From an uncultured Lachnospiraceae bacterium (GTDB lineage: Bacteria > Bacillota > Clostridia > Lachnospirales > Lachnospiraceae), in the NCBI GenBank assembly GCA_910588885.1, contig CAJUSQ010000002.1:1350-65349 (forward strand): 64,000 nt of DNA. Reading direction: 5' to 3'. Of this stretch, positions 45,856 to 54,590 are shown one piece after another; within the stretch, counting starts at the first letter, position 1; each line of letters opens with the position of its first letter. The translations under genes were made by a program, and so were the position numbers. The notes beneath the pieces were generated by a model, which was not told the origin of the DNA, searched no databases, and saw only the letters and a list, made by a program, of their open reading frames with translations.

Positions 45856-47748
45856 TTAATAAGTAAAAATCGCAATTCCATAAGGCGGCAGCTCATACCC
45901 GATAGAATAAGGTCTTCCGTCCCATTCCCGTTTCTCCGCCTTATATACCTGGGGACGTTCCTTCCCGCTGCCGCCGAAGCATTCGCTGTCGCTGTTGAAA
46001 ATCAGCTTGTACTGACGTTTCAACGGGACTCCTACCCGGTATTCCTTCCGTTCCATAGGCGTAAAGTTGCAGACAAACAACAGATTCTTCCGTCCGGTGC
46101 GGCTCTTTCTGATAAAGCTGTAAATACTCTGCTCTCCGTCATTGGCATTGATCCATTCAAATCCCCGGAAACTGTTATCATCCTGGTACATGGCCGGATA
46201 TTTATGGTAAATCTCCAGCAGCGCCCGTACTACATTGTGTACATCTTCGTGATTTTTTTCTGACAAGAGATACCAGTCCAGCTCCCGTTCCTCGCTCCAT
46301 TCCCTTAGCTGGGCAAAATCCTGCCCCATAAACAGCAGCTTTTTCCCGGGATGGCCCATCATAAACGCATAACCCACCTTCAGGTTGTCGTACTTGTCTT
46401 TTCCAAGTCCCGGCATTTTATTAAGCATGGAACACTTCAAATGCACCACTTCGTCGTGGGAAAGCACCAGAATATAATTTTCGGCTTCATTGTAGCTCAT
46501 AGCAAAGGTCAGACGGTTATGATTGTCTTTCCGGAAATAGGGATCCAGCTTCATATAATCCAGGAAATCGTGCATCCAGCCCATATTCCACTTGAAATTA
46601 AAGTTCAGCCCGCCCTTATCGGCATCTCCGGTTACCATGGGCCATGCCGTAGACTCCTCGGCAATCATGGCAACGCCCGGATTCCTGCCGCGTACCAGGG
46701 TATTCAGGTGACGGAAAAATTCGATGGCTTCCAGATTCTTGTTTTCCCCGTATTCATTGGCAACCCACTGGCCGTCCTGCTTGCCGTAATCCAGATAAAG
46801 CATGGATGCCACCGCGTCTACCCGCAGCCCGTCAATATGATAATGCTCCACCCAGATTAGTGCACTTCCCAAAAGGAAATTTTTCACTTCATTCTTGGCA
46901 TAATCAAAAATTTTGGTGCCCCAGTCCGGATGCTCCCCTTTTCTGGTATCTGCATACTCGTACAGGGGTTCTCCGTCAAAATCCGCCAATCCATGGGCAT
47001 CCCTTGGAAAATGAGCCGGAACCCAGTCCAAAATAATTCCGATATTGTTTTTATGGAGATAATTCACAAAATACATGAAATCCTCAGGTGTCCCGTACCG
47101 GGAGGTAGGTGCATAATATCCGGTCACCTGGTATCCCCAGGAGCCGTCAAAGGGATATTCGGCAATCCCCATCAGCTCTACATGGGTATAACCCATCATT
47201 TTCACATATTCCGTCAGGCTGTGAGCCAGCTCCCGATACGTATAAAAGCCCTCGTCTTCCTTTCCGGGATGGCGCTTCCAGGAGCCCGGATGTACCTCGT
47301 AGATGGCCATGGGCTGTTCCTGGATATCCTTCATTTCCCTGCGCTTCTTCATCCAGCGGGTATCCGCCCACTTAAAGTTGTCGATATCCGCCACTTTGGA
47401 AGCCGTTCCCGGCCGAAGCTCGCAGCTGAACGCATAGGGATCTGCCTTATACAGCTTCCGCCCGTCCTTTGTTTCAATGTAAAATTTATACAGATCATCT
47501 TCCCTGGCCCCGCGCACGAATACCTCGTAGATGCCCATCGGCTCCAGCCGTTTCATTTCATTGGCTGTCTCGTCCCAGTCATTAAAGGTCCCGATCACGC
47601 TGACCTTCGCAGCATGAGGCGCCCACACCGCAAAATAGACTCCCGGCTTTCCCCTGCGCACTTCCAGATGTGCGCCCAGCTTTTTATAGATATCATAATG
47701 GGTTCCATCTCCAAATAAATACATATCTAATTCCGAAAATTTTATCAT
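45856..47748 (-). CDS. glgB: 1,4-alpha-glucan branching enzyme
   Basis: 630 aa. GH13 motifs GIILDWVPAHF, DGLRVDAVASM, IAEEST, LSHDEV. Confidence 0.95.
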   Translation of the reverse strand: MIKFSELDMYLFGDGTHYDIYKKLGAHLEVRRGKPGVYFAVWAPHAAKVSVIGTFNDWDETANEMKRLEPMGIYEVFVRGAREDDLYKFYIETKDGRKLYKADPYAFSCELRPGTASKVADIDNFKWADTRWMKKRREMKDIQEQPMAIYEVHPGSWKRHPGKEDEGFYTYRELAHSLTEYVKMMGYTHVELMGIAEYPFDGSWGYQVTGYYAPTSRYGTPEDFMYFVNYLHKNNIGIILDWVPAHFPRDAHGLADFDGEPLYEYADTRKGEHPDWGTKIFDYAKNEVKNFLLGSALIWVEHYHIDGLRVDAVASMLYLDYGKQDGQWVANEYGENKNLEAIEFFRHLNTLVRGRNPGVAMIAEESTAWPMVTGDADKGGLNFNFKWNMGWMHDFLDYMKLDPYFRKDNHNRLTFAMSYNEAENYILVLSHDEVVHLKCSMLNKMPGLGKDKYDNLKVGYAFMMGHPGKKLLFMGQDFAQLREWSEERELDWYLLSEKNHEDVHNVVRALLEIYHKYPAMYQDDNSFRGFEWINANDGEQSIYSFIRKSRTGRKNLLFVCNFTPMERKEYRVGVPLKRQYKLIFNSDSECFGGSGKERPQVYKAEKREWDGRPYSIGYELPPYGIAIFTY

Positions 47749-47767
47749 AGTCCTTTACCGCCCTTTT

Positions 47768-50407
47768 CTATTCTTGAAAATCTTTTTCCTTAATGAGCAC
47801 ATGCCCGTTCTCTGTGCTCCGTTTACCGCCAAACAGCTTTTTCAGCCCGCCGCGGCCGGCCCGGGAAATGGCCCCATCCATAATGTCCTTTACTTCCGTC
47901 AGTGTGGTAGCCTCATCCAGCTTCTGGATATTGCTGATGCTGTTATAAAGCGCCAGAATGCCCATATCATCAATGACACAATTCTGTTCTCTGGCATAGG
48001 CTTTTGCAAACTCCACCAACTCGTCGCTGGTAAAAATAGGGACTTCGATTTTTTCCGTAAATTTCTCGGCAAAGGATGCACTTTTTCTCATGGCCCGCTC
48101 CATTCCGGTACGGTCATCCTCTAAAAGAACCATAACCCCTTTGGTATCCAGCTCCATCAGCTCCGAAAGCTTTTCCACCGACTCCTTCGATAAATCACCT
48201 GCCTTTTCTATAATCAGATATCCGCCTTCCACCGCCTTAAGCAATGCTTTCGCATCCTTTTGATTTAAGGTGACCGCAGATATTTTACCCACTTTTCCAC
48301 CGGTATGTCCCACAAGCTTCTGATAGGCTTTGACAAAATTCGTTGCCAGCATGGTCTTTCCGCTGCCCTTTCCGCCTAAAATCATCAGGTTTCCTGCCTG
48401 GGAAGTCCTGCTGCCCTTTTTCTTCTGCCTTACTCCCTCTAATGCCCGGCACAGCTGCTCTTCCATCCCGCTGATACAGGTAAAATATGTAAATATCTTT
48501 TTCTGCTCTTCATTTAATTCCAATACAGGCTTTTGGGATGTCTGCCCCTCCATACGTGCCTGCCCTAAGGCTTCCGCTGACGGAAGCCTTCCGGTTCTTC
48601 TTCTATTCACTGCAGAATCCGTCGCCGGACGCTCCAATACCTGCTGGGCCAGCTGCTGGCGCCTTAGAATCTTCTGCTCCAGTTCCTTCTGCTTTCGTTC
48701 CAATTCTTTCTGTTTCTGTTTTAATTCCGCCCCCGGCCGTAATACCGGAGACGTTTCAGCCGAAGCTTCCTGGCCCGCCGAACCATCGGTTCCTTCCGGC
48801 ACAGTTCCGGTCTCCTGATCCGGATAGCCCATTCCGTCCGAAACGCTTCCCGATTCCTGGCCCAGGGCATCGGCTCCGTCCGGCAGATTCGGCGCCTGGC
48901 CGGGAAAACCGCCGGTTTCCGGATTGTTTTCGAACATTTGTTCTTGTTCTAATTCCGACACCTCTCCGTATTCCGGCTCCGGATTTCTGCCCATTGGGGA
49001 ATCCGGAAACCCGGAAGCTTCCTGGCCCGGAAAGATCGAATCCCTACCGGGGCCGCGCTTTTGCGCATCGCTGTTGCCCCCGATCTCGGCCCTGCGGCCG
49101 GCAGATTGTTCCAACAGCTCCGGATTTAGCCGGATTTCTGCGGTCAACCGTTCCATAATACTTTGGGCTTCCCGCAGAGCTTTGGCTTTGGCATCATCCA
49201 GCTGCCGCTGCTCGGCTTCCGCAATCGCCGCACGGGCCGCTTCCTTCGCCCGCTCCCACTCTGCCAGAATATCTTCAATACTCATCTGGCCCGTAATCTG
49301 AAGATTCGGGCTTGGCGTATCCGGTATCCGAAGCCGGAACTGCCCGTCATATTCCTCTGCCAGTATGCCTTGATAAGCAGAATCTGATTCCGGTTCCTGA
49401 GGAAAATCCGACCTCATATCCTGAAAATCAATCTGAAGGGTCGGGTCCGGAATCTCCCCTGTAAAATCTTCTTCCGGTTCATCCAAATAATCCTCCGGTT
49501 CCTTCAGCTCTTCCATCTCTTCCGGTTCCAAATAGGGAATCCCGCCTACCATTTTTTTGATATTTTCCATGGTATCGCTGACCGTTTCCTGCTTGGTGGC
49601 ATTCATAATCTGCTCCATGCTTTTTGCCAGCTCTTCCTGAAGGTTTACGGTGTTGAATTTCCCGGTATCAGACAGAATACTGGGAATCTGTACCGTTTCA
49701 CTGACAATCTCCCCGGAGGACAGTTCATCATAGGGAGAAACCTCCACGATTCCTTCTTTCTTCTGCTTGAACCTGCGGTACTTGTCTTCCTGAAGCTTAT
49801 TCAGGGGCTGATACATCATTTTCAGCTCCAATGCCTTCTCTACGTATTGGCCCTCCCCAAACCACAGGATCAGCTCATCGCAAATATCCACGCATTTCTC
49901 TTCCTTACCGGCCTTATGATATAAATAAGCCAGTTCAAAGGCCCATTCCTCCGTATATTCCCGTTCTTTAAATTCCTCCAGAATGGAGATCTGTTCTTCC
50001 AGCTCCGTCCCCTTGGCCTTGGCTATTTCGTATTTTAATACATACTTCATATTATCATGCGGAGCAATTTCTAAAAATTCCTCATAATAATCCTGGGCTT
50101 CCTGCAGATTTCCCAATTTTAATGCGACCAGGGTCAAACGGTAAATGATATTCCGCCCTACCGGGGAACGGTCATACGCCATCAGCAGAATTTCCCTGCT
50201 TTCCTCCAGCTGACGGTTTTTTTCATAAATCTCCCCAATCATACACAGGGTTGCCACGCTTTTTACTTTCTTCCAATTTACGCTGTCTGCAATCTGGGCG
50301 GAGCCTTTATAGTCCTTTACTTCTGCCAGCTTTTTAATCTGCTCCAGCTTCAGCTTGTATTCGTACTTATCCAATGATTTCACCTCAAATATTATAAAAG
50401 GGTACAA
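47768..50407 (-). CDS. TPR-repeat protein with long disordered middle and C-terminal SpoVK/CbbX-like AAA+ domain
   Basis: N-terminal TPR-like helices. Walker A LGGKGSGKT and Walker-B-like GYLIIEKAG near the C-terminus. Confidence 0.6.
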   Translation of the reverse strand: MYPFIIFEVKSLDKYEYKLKLEQIKKLAEVKDYKGSAQIADSVNWKKVKSVATLCMIGEIYEKNRQLEESREILLMAYDRSPVGRNIIYRLTLVALKLGNLQEAQDYYEEFLEIAPHDNMKYVLKYEIAKAKGTELEEQISILEEFKEREYTEEWAFELAYLYHKAGKEEKCVDICDELILWFGEGQYVEKALELKMMYQPLNKLQEDKYRRFKQKKEGIVEVSPYDELSSGEIVSETVQIPSILSDTGKFNTVNLQEELAKSMEQIMNATKQETVSDTMENIKKMVGGIPYLEPEEMEELKEPEDYLDEPEEDFTGEIPDPTLQIDFQDMRSDFPQEPESDSAYQGILAEEYDGQFRLRIPDTPSPNLQITGQMSIEDILAEWERAKEAARAAIAEAEQRQLDDAKAKALREAQSIMERLTAEIRLNPELLEQSAGRRAEIGGNSDAQKRGPGRDSIFPGQEASGFPDSPMGRNPEPEYGEVSELEQEQMFENNPETGGFPGQAPNLPDGADALGQESGSVSDGMGYPDQETGTVPEGTDGSAGQEASAETSPVLRPGAELKQKQKELERKQKELEQKILRRQQLAQQVLERPATDSAVNRRRTGRLPSAEALGQARMEGQTSQKPVLELNEEQKKIFTYFTCISGMEEQLCRALEGVRQKKKGSRTSQAGNLMILGGKGSGKTMLATNFVKAYQKLVGHTGGKVGKISAVTLNQKDAKALLKAVEGGYLIIEKAGDLSKESVEKLSELMELDTKGVMVLLEDDRTGMERAMRKSASFAEKFTEKIEVPIFTSDELVEFAKAYAREQNCVIDDMGILALYNSISNIQKLDEATTLTEVKDIMDGAISRAGRGGLKKLFGGKRSTENGHVLIKEKDFQE

Positions 50408-50569
50408 TACCCCTGATTATCACATTATTTGTATTTTAGTGTATCACATGAATACCATATATGTCAAAAATATTCGAAAAAAATAATACCATGTAAACTT
50501 AAATCGTAACTTTTCACAAGGCCGGCAGCCTTATGAAACTTTAACGTCTTTGTCTACATGGTATTTTTC

Positions 50570-51847
50570 TTATTTCTTCGGTTCGTAATCCAGCCGTTTG
50601 GAGGCCGGGTCAATACGGATTACCTCCGTATAATGTTTCGTTTCTTCCGGAAGCCCTTTCCGTCTTAAAATGAATGCCGTTAATTTCTGCATAATATAGT
50701 AAAAAGTAGCGAACGTAGGAACCCCCATAACCATACCCAAAAAGCCGAACATCCCGCCGCCTACCAGAATGGCAAATACCACCCAAAAAGCGCTTAAGCC
50801 TGTGGATTCCCCTAAAATCCGGGGACCGATGATATTTCCGTCCAGCTGCTGCAGCACCAGGATAAAAATCACAAAATACAGGCCCTGGATCGGGTTAGCC
50901 AGCATAATCAGGATGGTACTCGGTACGGCGCCGATATATGGCCCGAAAAACGGCACCACATTCGTCACCCCAACAATCACGCTTACCAGCATTACATAGG
51001 GCATTTTCAAAAAATAAAGCCCGATAAAGCATAGTACGCCGATAATGGCGGAATCCAGAATTTTCCCGGAAATAAAACCGCCGAATATTTCATTCCCTTT
51101 GCGGACCGTTTCAATAATCACGTTTCCTTTATCCGCCGGAAAAATGGCATATACAATTTTTTTGGCCTGCCCTACAAACAGCTCCTTACTGATCAGAATA
51201 TAGACCGAGATCACAATCCCGATAATAATGTTCAAAAGCAGCCGGACAACCGAGATCACACCGCTGGTTACCGAGGTCAGCATATCCCTTGTTTGGGGCA
51301 GGAAATCCGTTTTGGCCCAATTTTCAAAAAATTCCAGCCCTTTGTTCAATCCCTGCTCCAGATAATTGGAAATCTCACTGTCGGAGCTGACATAATTCTC
51401 CACCCAGGCCAGGAACGATTCCACCTGTCGGGGCAGCTGGGTCACCATCCGTTCAATGCTGGAATAAAGCTCCGGAATGACCATATTCAGCAAGATGGCC
51501 ACAATTACCAGTACGAAAGCAATCGCACCGATGACGGACAGGGTCCGGGCTGCCTTCTTGGCTTTTATTTCCTTCTTCATATGCTTTTTCAGCACCGGGA
51601 ATAAATATTTTTCTTCAAATTTCACGACCGGATTAATCAGATAAGCGATTACCATCCCAATCAGCACCGGCTGCAAAATGCCCAGAAAATGGCGAAGATT
51701 GGCGCTTAGGCCATGATAGCGGTAGATCAGAAAAAATACGGAAATACTCGCAATGATTACAATAAAAGCGGTCAACCCGATTGCCAGATAAGGCCGGATA
51801 TTCCAATTCGCCTTCTGTCTCTGCTTTTCTTTGCCTTCCATATTCAA
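50570..51847 (-). CDS. AI-2E family (PerM/YtvI-like) transporter
   Basis: 425 aa, about 8 TM helices. Conserved VPFFGPYIGAVP segment. Confidence 0.85.
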   Translation of the reverse strand: MNMEGKEKQRQKANWNIRPYLAIGLTAFIVIIASISVFFLIYRYHGLSANLRHFLGILQPVLIGMVIAYLINPVVKFEEKYLFPVLKKHMKKEIKAKKAARTLSVIGAIAFVLVIVAILLNMVIPELYSSIERMVTQLPRQVESFLAWVENYVSSDSEISNYLEQGLNKGLEFFENWAKTDFLPQTRDMLTSVTSGVISVVRLLLNIIIGIVISVYILISKELFVGQAKKIVYAIFPADKGNVIIETVRKGNEIFGGFISGKILDSAIIGVLCFIGLYFLKMPYVMLVSVIVGVTNVVPFFGPYIGAVPSTILIMLANPIQGLYFVIFILVLQQLDGNIIGPRILGESTGLSAFWVVFAILVGGGMFGFLGMVMGVPTFATFYYIMQKLTAFILRRKGLPEETKHYTEVIRIDPASKRLDYEPKK

Positions 51848-51929
51848 ACACCTCTTCCTTTTCCAGACTGCCGGGGCTTTTGCCCCTTATGGCAGCTGTA
51901 TCGTCCCTGTCGGTCCTAACGTCTTCCTT

Positions 51930-54239
51930 CTATTCCGCCTGCTCATTGGAATCACGGTAATAATTAATCAGGCAGCCCTTTAAAATAATCGTCCTTTCAT
52001 CTTCCGTCAGGTCCCCCAGCTTTAAGGTAAATTCGGAAATCCCTCCGTCTTTTACCAAATAGGCTAAAATGTCAGACTGTTTCTCCTGTACGGCTTTTTG
52101 AATCCCCGGAATAAAAAGGTAGTCTCCGTTTTCAAAGGGCAGCTGTCCTTCCGGAATCAGGAAGGGAAGCATTCCCCAGTTAATCAGATTGGAGCGGTAA
52201 CGCTTGGTAGCATATTCATGGGCAATATTGGCCCAGCCGCCCAATACTTTCTGGCAGGATGCAGCCTGCTCCCGGGCGGAACCGTCGCCCGGCTTTACCG
52301 CAAAAATCGTACTTCCGATCCCCAGATTGCCTTCTCCCACCTCCGGGAAACGGGTATGGACTGCGGCCATTACTTCTTTCAGCTCCTCTAACACTTCCAG
52401 AGGACATTTGCCTTCTTCTATGGCCTTTTGAGCCTTCTGCACTTCTTTGGCCTTCCCCACATAAGCCGGGTCCTTTCTGGATAAGGTAAATTCTGCCAGT
52501 CCCAAAGGATTGGAGCGGTAGGAGGAGGTTTCTCCGGAAGGGATCAGTTCGTCGGTAGTCGTTACGGGATCGTGGATTTCGGATACCACTTTCAATACCA
52601 GATTCTCCGGCAGCGGACTCATTTTGGGCCAATCTTTAATATTGGGGCCGAATTTGATCTCCTGATCAGGATCTGCCTTGCCCTTGCTGTCAAATACGCG
52701 GTTCGCGTATATTTTCCCATCGAAAAAGTACTTCGGATTGCCGAAGTGCACGTCCAGATCCGTCGCTGCAGTCAGATAGCCCTGGTTCGCCGCCGTTGCC
52801 GCAATGGAACGGGCATCCATCAGTGCAACGGATGCAATCTGCCCGCTTTGGAGCTTGGAGCCTTCCCGGTTGGGGAAATTCCGGGTAGAATGACGGATAC
52901 TGAAGCCGTTATTGCCAGGCGTATCTCCTGCCCCGAAGCAGGGGCCGCAGAAAGCGGTCTTTAGAATCGCACCGGTTTCCATCAGGGCAGCGGCCGCGCC
53001 GTTTTTCAAAAGCTCCATATAGATGGGGGTGCTGGCCGGATATACGCTTAAGGTAAATTCATCCGGGCCGATGCTGGCCCCTTTTAAAATATCCGCTGCC
53101 GCACAGATATTTTCAAATCCACCTCCTGCACAGCCTGCAATGATCCCCTGGTCAACATATAATTTTCCGTTTCGCACCTTATCCTTCAGGGTGAAGTCCA
53201 CTGCACCGTCCAGGCTTACCAGCGCTTTCTTTTCACAATCTTCCAAAATATCCGTCAGGTTTGCGTTCAGCTCTTCAATGGTATAAGTATTGCTGGGATG
53301 GAAGGGCATTGCAATCATGGGCTTTATGGTGCTTAAATCAATTTCAATCATTCCGTCATAGTATGCAACCGCTCCCGGGTTCAATTCTTTATAATCCTCC
53401 GGGCGTCCGTGGATCTCATAGAATTCCCGGATGATCTCATCCGTACGCCAAATAGAAGACAAACAGGTGGTTTCCGTGGTCATAACATCAATACCGATCC
53501 GGAAATCCGCACTTAAGTTGGAAATACCCGGGCCTACAAATTCCATTACCTTGTTGTTCACATAACCGTTTGCAAATACTTCCCCGATAATGGCCAGAGC
53601 CACATCCTGAGGGCCTACGCCGATTTCCGGCTTTCCGGTAAGATAGACGCCGATTACTCCCGGCATATTGATATCATAGGTCTTTCCCAAAAGCTGCTTT
53701 ACCAGCTCCGGCCCGCCTTCTCCCATGGCCATGGTACCCAATGCCCCGTATCTTGTATGGGAATCGGAACCTAAAACCATGGCGCCTCCTGCGGCCAGCA
53801 TTTCCCTGGCATACTGGTGGATTACTGCCTGGTGGGGCGGCACGTAGACACCGCCGTACTTCTTGGCACAGGATAAACCGAACATATGATCGTCTTCATT
53901 GATGGTACCGCCTACGGCACAAAGGCTGTTGTGGCAGTTTGTCAGGACATAAGGTACCGGGAATTTTTCCAATCCGGATGCCCGGGCCGTCTGGATAATT
54001 CCCACGAAGGTAATATCGTGAGAGGTCAGTTTGTCAAATTTTATTTTCAGCTGATCCATGCTGCCGGAGGTATTGTGGGCAGACAGGATGCTATATGCAA
54101 TTGTGTTCTTTGCTGCTTCCTTTGGTGTAACGGGGGTGGAGACGGAAGTTTTGCTCCGAATGGCTTCTTCTGCCCCGGGAGCGGCTTCGACCCGTTCTGT
54201 TCCGTTAATAAGGTATACGCCGTTTTCATATAGTTTCAT
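51930..54239 (-). CDS. aconitase-family hydratase (aconitate hydratase-like, ~769 aa)
   Basis: GSDSHT, CGPCFG and [10 protein letters not shown] (swivel domain) motifs. Start set at MKLYENG (54239). The 39-codon extension in the ORF track reads through intergenic repeats. Confidence 0.85.
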   Translation of the reverse strand: MKLYENGVYLINGTERVEAAPGAEEAIRSKTSVSTPVTPKEAAKNTIAYSILSAHNTSGSMDQLKIKFDKLTSHDITFVGIIQTARASGLEKFPVPYVLTNCHNSLCAVGGTINEDDHMFGLSCAKKYGGVYVPPHQAVIHQYAREMLAAGGAMVLGSDSHTRYGALGTMAMGEGGPELVKQLLGKTYDINMPGVIGVYLTGKPEIGVGPQDVALAIIGEVFANGYVNNKVMEFVGPGISNLSADFRIGIDVMTTETTCLSSIWRTDEIIREFYEIHGRPEDYKELNPGAVAYYDGMIEIDLSTIKPMIAMPFHPSNTYTIEELNANLTDILEDCEKKALVSLDGAVDFTLKDKVRNGKLYVDQGIIAGCAGGGFENICAAADILKGASIGPDEFTLSVYPASTPIYMELLKNGAAAALMETGAILKTAFCGPCFGAGDTPGNNGFSIRHSTRNFPNREGSKLQSGQIASVALMDARSIAATAANQGYLTAATDLDVHFGNPKYFFDGKIYANRVFDSKGKADPDQEIKFGPNIKDWPKMSPLPENLVLKVVSEIHDPVTTTDELIPSGETSSYRSNPLGLAEFTLSRKDPAYVGKAKEVQKAQKAIEEGKCPLEVLEELKEVMAAVHTRFPEVGEGNLGIGSTIFAVKPGDGSAREQAASCQKVLGGWANIAHEYATKRYRSNLINWGMLPFLIPEGQLPFENGDYLFIPGIQKAVQEKQSDILAYLVKDGGISEFTLKLGDLTEDERTIILKGCLINYYRDSNEQAE

Positions 54240-54265
54240 GGTGTTCTCGCTTTCTTTGAATGTTG

Positions 54266-54355
54266 TGTGGGGGGTTCGTATAGGGGCCATGCTTGGCTGC
54301 GCTCGCATAGCTTTTGCGGGGGTGGTTATAGGAGCCATGCTTGGCTGCGCTCGCA
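54266..54355. repeat. GC-rich 48-bp tandem repeat (2 full copies plus a degenerate third up to ~54400)
   Basis: tg(t/c)gggg(g)(t)t(c/g)gt(t)atagg(g/a)gccatgcttggctgcgctcgca at 54266-54307 and 54314-54355. A related gctgtgcgcgctcg / gctgcgctcc follows. Confidence 0.7.
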
Positions 54356-54432
54356 CGGTTTTTGTGGGGCGGGGGCCGCTGTGCGCGCTCGTATCCGCTG
54401 CGCTCCTACTCGCTCACGGGCGTTCGCCCTAT

Positions 54433-54497
54433 GAAAAGAAGCAAAAAGAAATTTTCTTACGTGCAAGCACGACGCAAATTTCTTTTCGCTTCTTTTC
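54433..54497. terminator. 22-bp-arm inverted repeat (1 mismatch) with nested cgtgc-aa-gcacg hairpin; probable terminator of the two-component operon
   Basis: gaaaagaagcaaaaagaaattt (54433-54454) pairs with aaatttcttttcgcttcttttc (54476-54497). It lies 94 nt downstream of the kinase stop. Confidence 0.45.
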
Positions 54498-54590
54498 GCA
54501 CTGCTCATTGCTTTCGTGTACATTATACCACAGGGAGGTAAAAAAGCAAGAGATTATGGGTGGGTGGGTTTTGGGGATGGAACAGAAGGG

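Noticed and set aside
54240-54356. 39-codon N-terminal extension of the aconitase-family ORF ([32 protein letters not shown]...).
   Set aside because: The extension is a translation of the 48-bp intergenic tandem repeat. The conserved protein begins at MKLYENG.
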